Source: Candidatus Hadarchaeota archaeon (lineage in GTDB: Archaea > CAYQAE01 > CAYVLA01). Taken from it: DNA of 28,266 nt. A program made the translations under genes and the position numbers. The stretch spans positions 1 through 28,266 of the forward strand of contig CAYVLA010000037.1 of NCBI GenBank assembly GCA_964452145.1, read 5' to 3'. Below the pieces are notes generated by a model that was not told the origin of the DNA, did no database searches, and was given only the letters and a program-made list of their open reading frames with translations. Position 1 is the first letter of the stretch; the number at the start of each line of letters is the position of its first letter. Shown piece after piece: positions 26,916-28,266 of the stretch.

Positions 26916-27770
26916 TTGGTCAGAGTCAGAACGGCTTCCGGCAGTCTTCAAAGCTTCAACCCGAGGAAGATACACCGCACCTGTGTGAGGGCCGGGGCAA
27001 GTCCCGAACTGGCTCGGGCCGCTGTGGAAGAGGTCAGGACCCATCTGTATGAAGGGATGTCGACCGAGAAGATCCTGCAGATAGTTCTCGACTACTTGGA
27101 AGAGCACCAAGCTGCGGACGTGGCTAGCAAGTATGACCTGAAAAGTGCAATAATGAGGATGGGCCCGGCTGGCTTCGCCTTCGAGACGTTCCTTTCCCAG
27201 GTGCTTGGGGAGTACGGCTATCAGACACAGCTAAGGCAGAAGGTCAGGGGGCGATGCGTTGAGCACGAGATCGACATCATCCTCCTTGCTCACGGCGTGA
27301 GATCGATGGTGGAGGTGAAATACCATAACGCTTCCGGGATCTACACGGGACTCAAGGAGGCAATGTACACCTACGCGCGCTTCCTGGATCTCAGGGAAGG
27401 ACACCAGGACGGGACCTGCGAGAGGTTCGACGAGGCCTGGCTTGCCAGCAATACGCGGAGCTCTCGAGAGGCAAGGGCATATGCCGCGTGCAAGGGGATA
27501 AGGCTGCTTGGCTGGAGATACCCCCCGGCCAGGGGGCTGGAACGAATGATTGAGGACAAGTACCTGTATCCCGTCACTGTCCTGCGCTCCATGGACTCCG
27601 ATGCATTAAAGGCGCTCAGCCGTGCAAACATGATGTTGACAAAGGACCTCATATCCAAGGAACCGAAGGAGATCGCGAAGGATACCGGTCTGCCTCAGGA
27701 CAGGGTCGATACCCTCGTTGAACAGGCTAGACATCTTGCCGCACACTCTCCGCAAGCGTACAGAAGCTGA
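26916..27770 (+). CDS. ATP-cone domain fused to an Mrr-like restriction-endonuclease-fold domain
   Basis: ATP-cone-like N-terminus (VRVRTASGSLQSFNPRKIHRTCVRAGAS...). PD-(D/E)xK-like region (EHEIDIILLAHGVRSMVEVKY). TTG start 7 nt downstream of GGAGTGA. Confidence 0.55.
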   Translation: MVRVRTASGSLQSFNPRKIHRTCVRAGASPELARAAVEEVRTHLYEGMSTEKILQIVLDYLEEHQAADVASKYDLKSAIMRMGPAGFAFETFLSQVLGEYGYQTQLRQKVRGRCVEHEIDIILLAHGVRSMVEVKYHNASGIYTGLKEAMYTYARFLDLREGHQDGTCERFDEAWLASNTRSSREARAYAACKGIRLLGWRYPPARGLERMIEDKYLYPVTVLRSMDSDALKALSRANMMLTKDLISKEPKEIAKDTGLPQDRVDTLVEQARHLAAHSPQAYRS

Positions 27771-28266
27771 GGGCCATGTCAGCGCAGGCCGTCAGATCGG
27801 ATGGGGAGAGAAGCGAGATGCCGTTATGTATGTATCTGCACGGGATCGAGAGTACCCCCGAGGGAACACCACCTCGGGCAATCGCAAGCTTTGCAGCATC
27901 TGTTCCACCGTAGAGGGGCTTCTTGATCTGATATCGAATTCCGGCGGCCGCAGCCGCCTCCTTGAGCTTCGACACAACGGCGGGATGAGCGATGTGGGAT
28001 CGATCCGCCACGGTTATGGCCGGTCCTTTCTCGATGCTCGTTGCACATCTCTCCGCGGGAACCCCAGGAATGTCCCCGGCCGCCGTGGTCTCAACAGCCA
28101 GACCGATGTCTGCATCCACCGCGTAACCGGCCGTTATTGCTCCGCGGCCGCCGACCTCCTCGCAGACCGAGAACACAAACACGATGGTGGCGTTGTGATC
28201 GATGTCTCGGAGGCGCCGGAGGACGTCGATCAAGAGTGCACAACCAGCACGATCATCGAAGGCCTT
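27727..28266 (-). CDS. M42-family aminopeptidase/endoglucanase (FrvX/TET-like); C-terminal part, N-terminus lies beyond the window
   Basis: The frame stays open to the window edge. Motifs AFDDRAGCALLIDVLRRL, EEVGGRGA and PCRYIHN. Confidence 0.75.
   Translation of the reverse strand, partial: KAFDDRAGCALLIDVLRRLRDIDHNATIVFVFSVCEEVGGRGAITAGYAVDADIGLAVETTAAGDIPGVPAERCATSIEKGPAITVADRSHIAHPAVVSKLKEAAAAAGIRYQIKKPLYGGTDAAKLAIARGGVPSGVLSIPCRYIHNGISLLSPSDLTACADMALSFCTLAESVRQDV

Noticed and set aside
1-28266. Search for CRISPR arrays, IS elements, transposase/integrase genes or prophage remnants
   Set aside because: No spaced direct-repeat array was found. No ORF has DDE or tyrosine-recombinase character. 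Only short local repeats were seen, and these are listed as findings.

Overview
This is a GC-rich (~60%), gene-dense window that reads as archaeal. A minus-strand tRNA is about 30 nt too long and so probably carries an intron, and it sits under a TATA/BRE-like box. Other archaeal-type signs are an ATP-cone+Mrr fusion, an M42 (TET) peptidase, a CoA-binding protein and a PGF-CTERM-like surface protein; many genes are still preceded by clear Shine-Dalgarno motifs (GGAGG, GAGGTGA). The supplied ORF track uses ATG/GTG/TTG and reports the longest frame, so several true starts are downstream of the listed ones. The content divides into four blocks. (a) 1-6.4 kb: the C-terminus of an FG-GAP/ASPIC-UnbV protein, a Cys-rich membrane protein, the tRNA, a Cu(I) P1B-ATPase (CopA) with two HMA domains, and a two-gene metallophosphoesterase/sugar-phosphate isomerase operon. 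(b) 6.5-13.8 kb: a co-directional minus-strand run of a GxGYxYP-like putative glycosidase, a coiled-coil membrane protein, a ~860-aa YVTN beta-propeller cell-surface protein with a PGF-CTERM-like tail, and a Reg_prop propeller/(alpha/alpha)-type protein. (c) 16.8-18.1 kb: a compact operon encoding an encapsulated ferritin-like protein with a C-terminal targeting peptide and a family-1 (Linocin M18/HK97-fold) encapsulin shell protein, which is the most distinctive system in the window. (d) 18.3-26.4 kb: carbohydrate and sulfated-glycan-type catabolic genes, namely a DUF4432/aldose-epimerase-like protein, a cupin+GATase1 pair, a Ser-type sulfatase, a secreted GH99-like hydrolase, a second sugar-phosphate isomerase and a second Gfo/Idh/MocA oxidoreductase. 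The window ends with a CoA-binding protein, an ATP-cone/Mrr-like nuclease and a truncated M42 peptidase gene. No CRISPR array, rRNA gene, transposase or integrase was seen.
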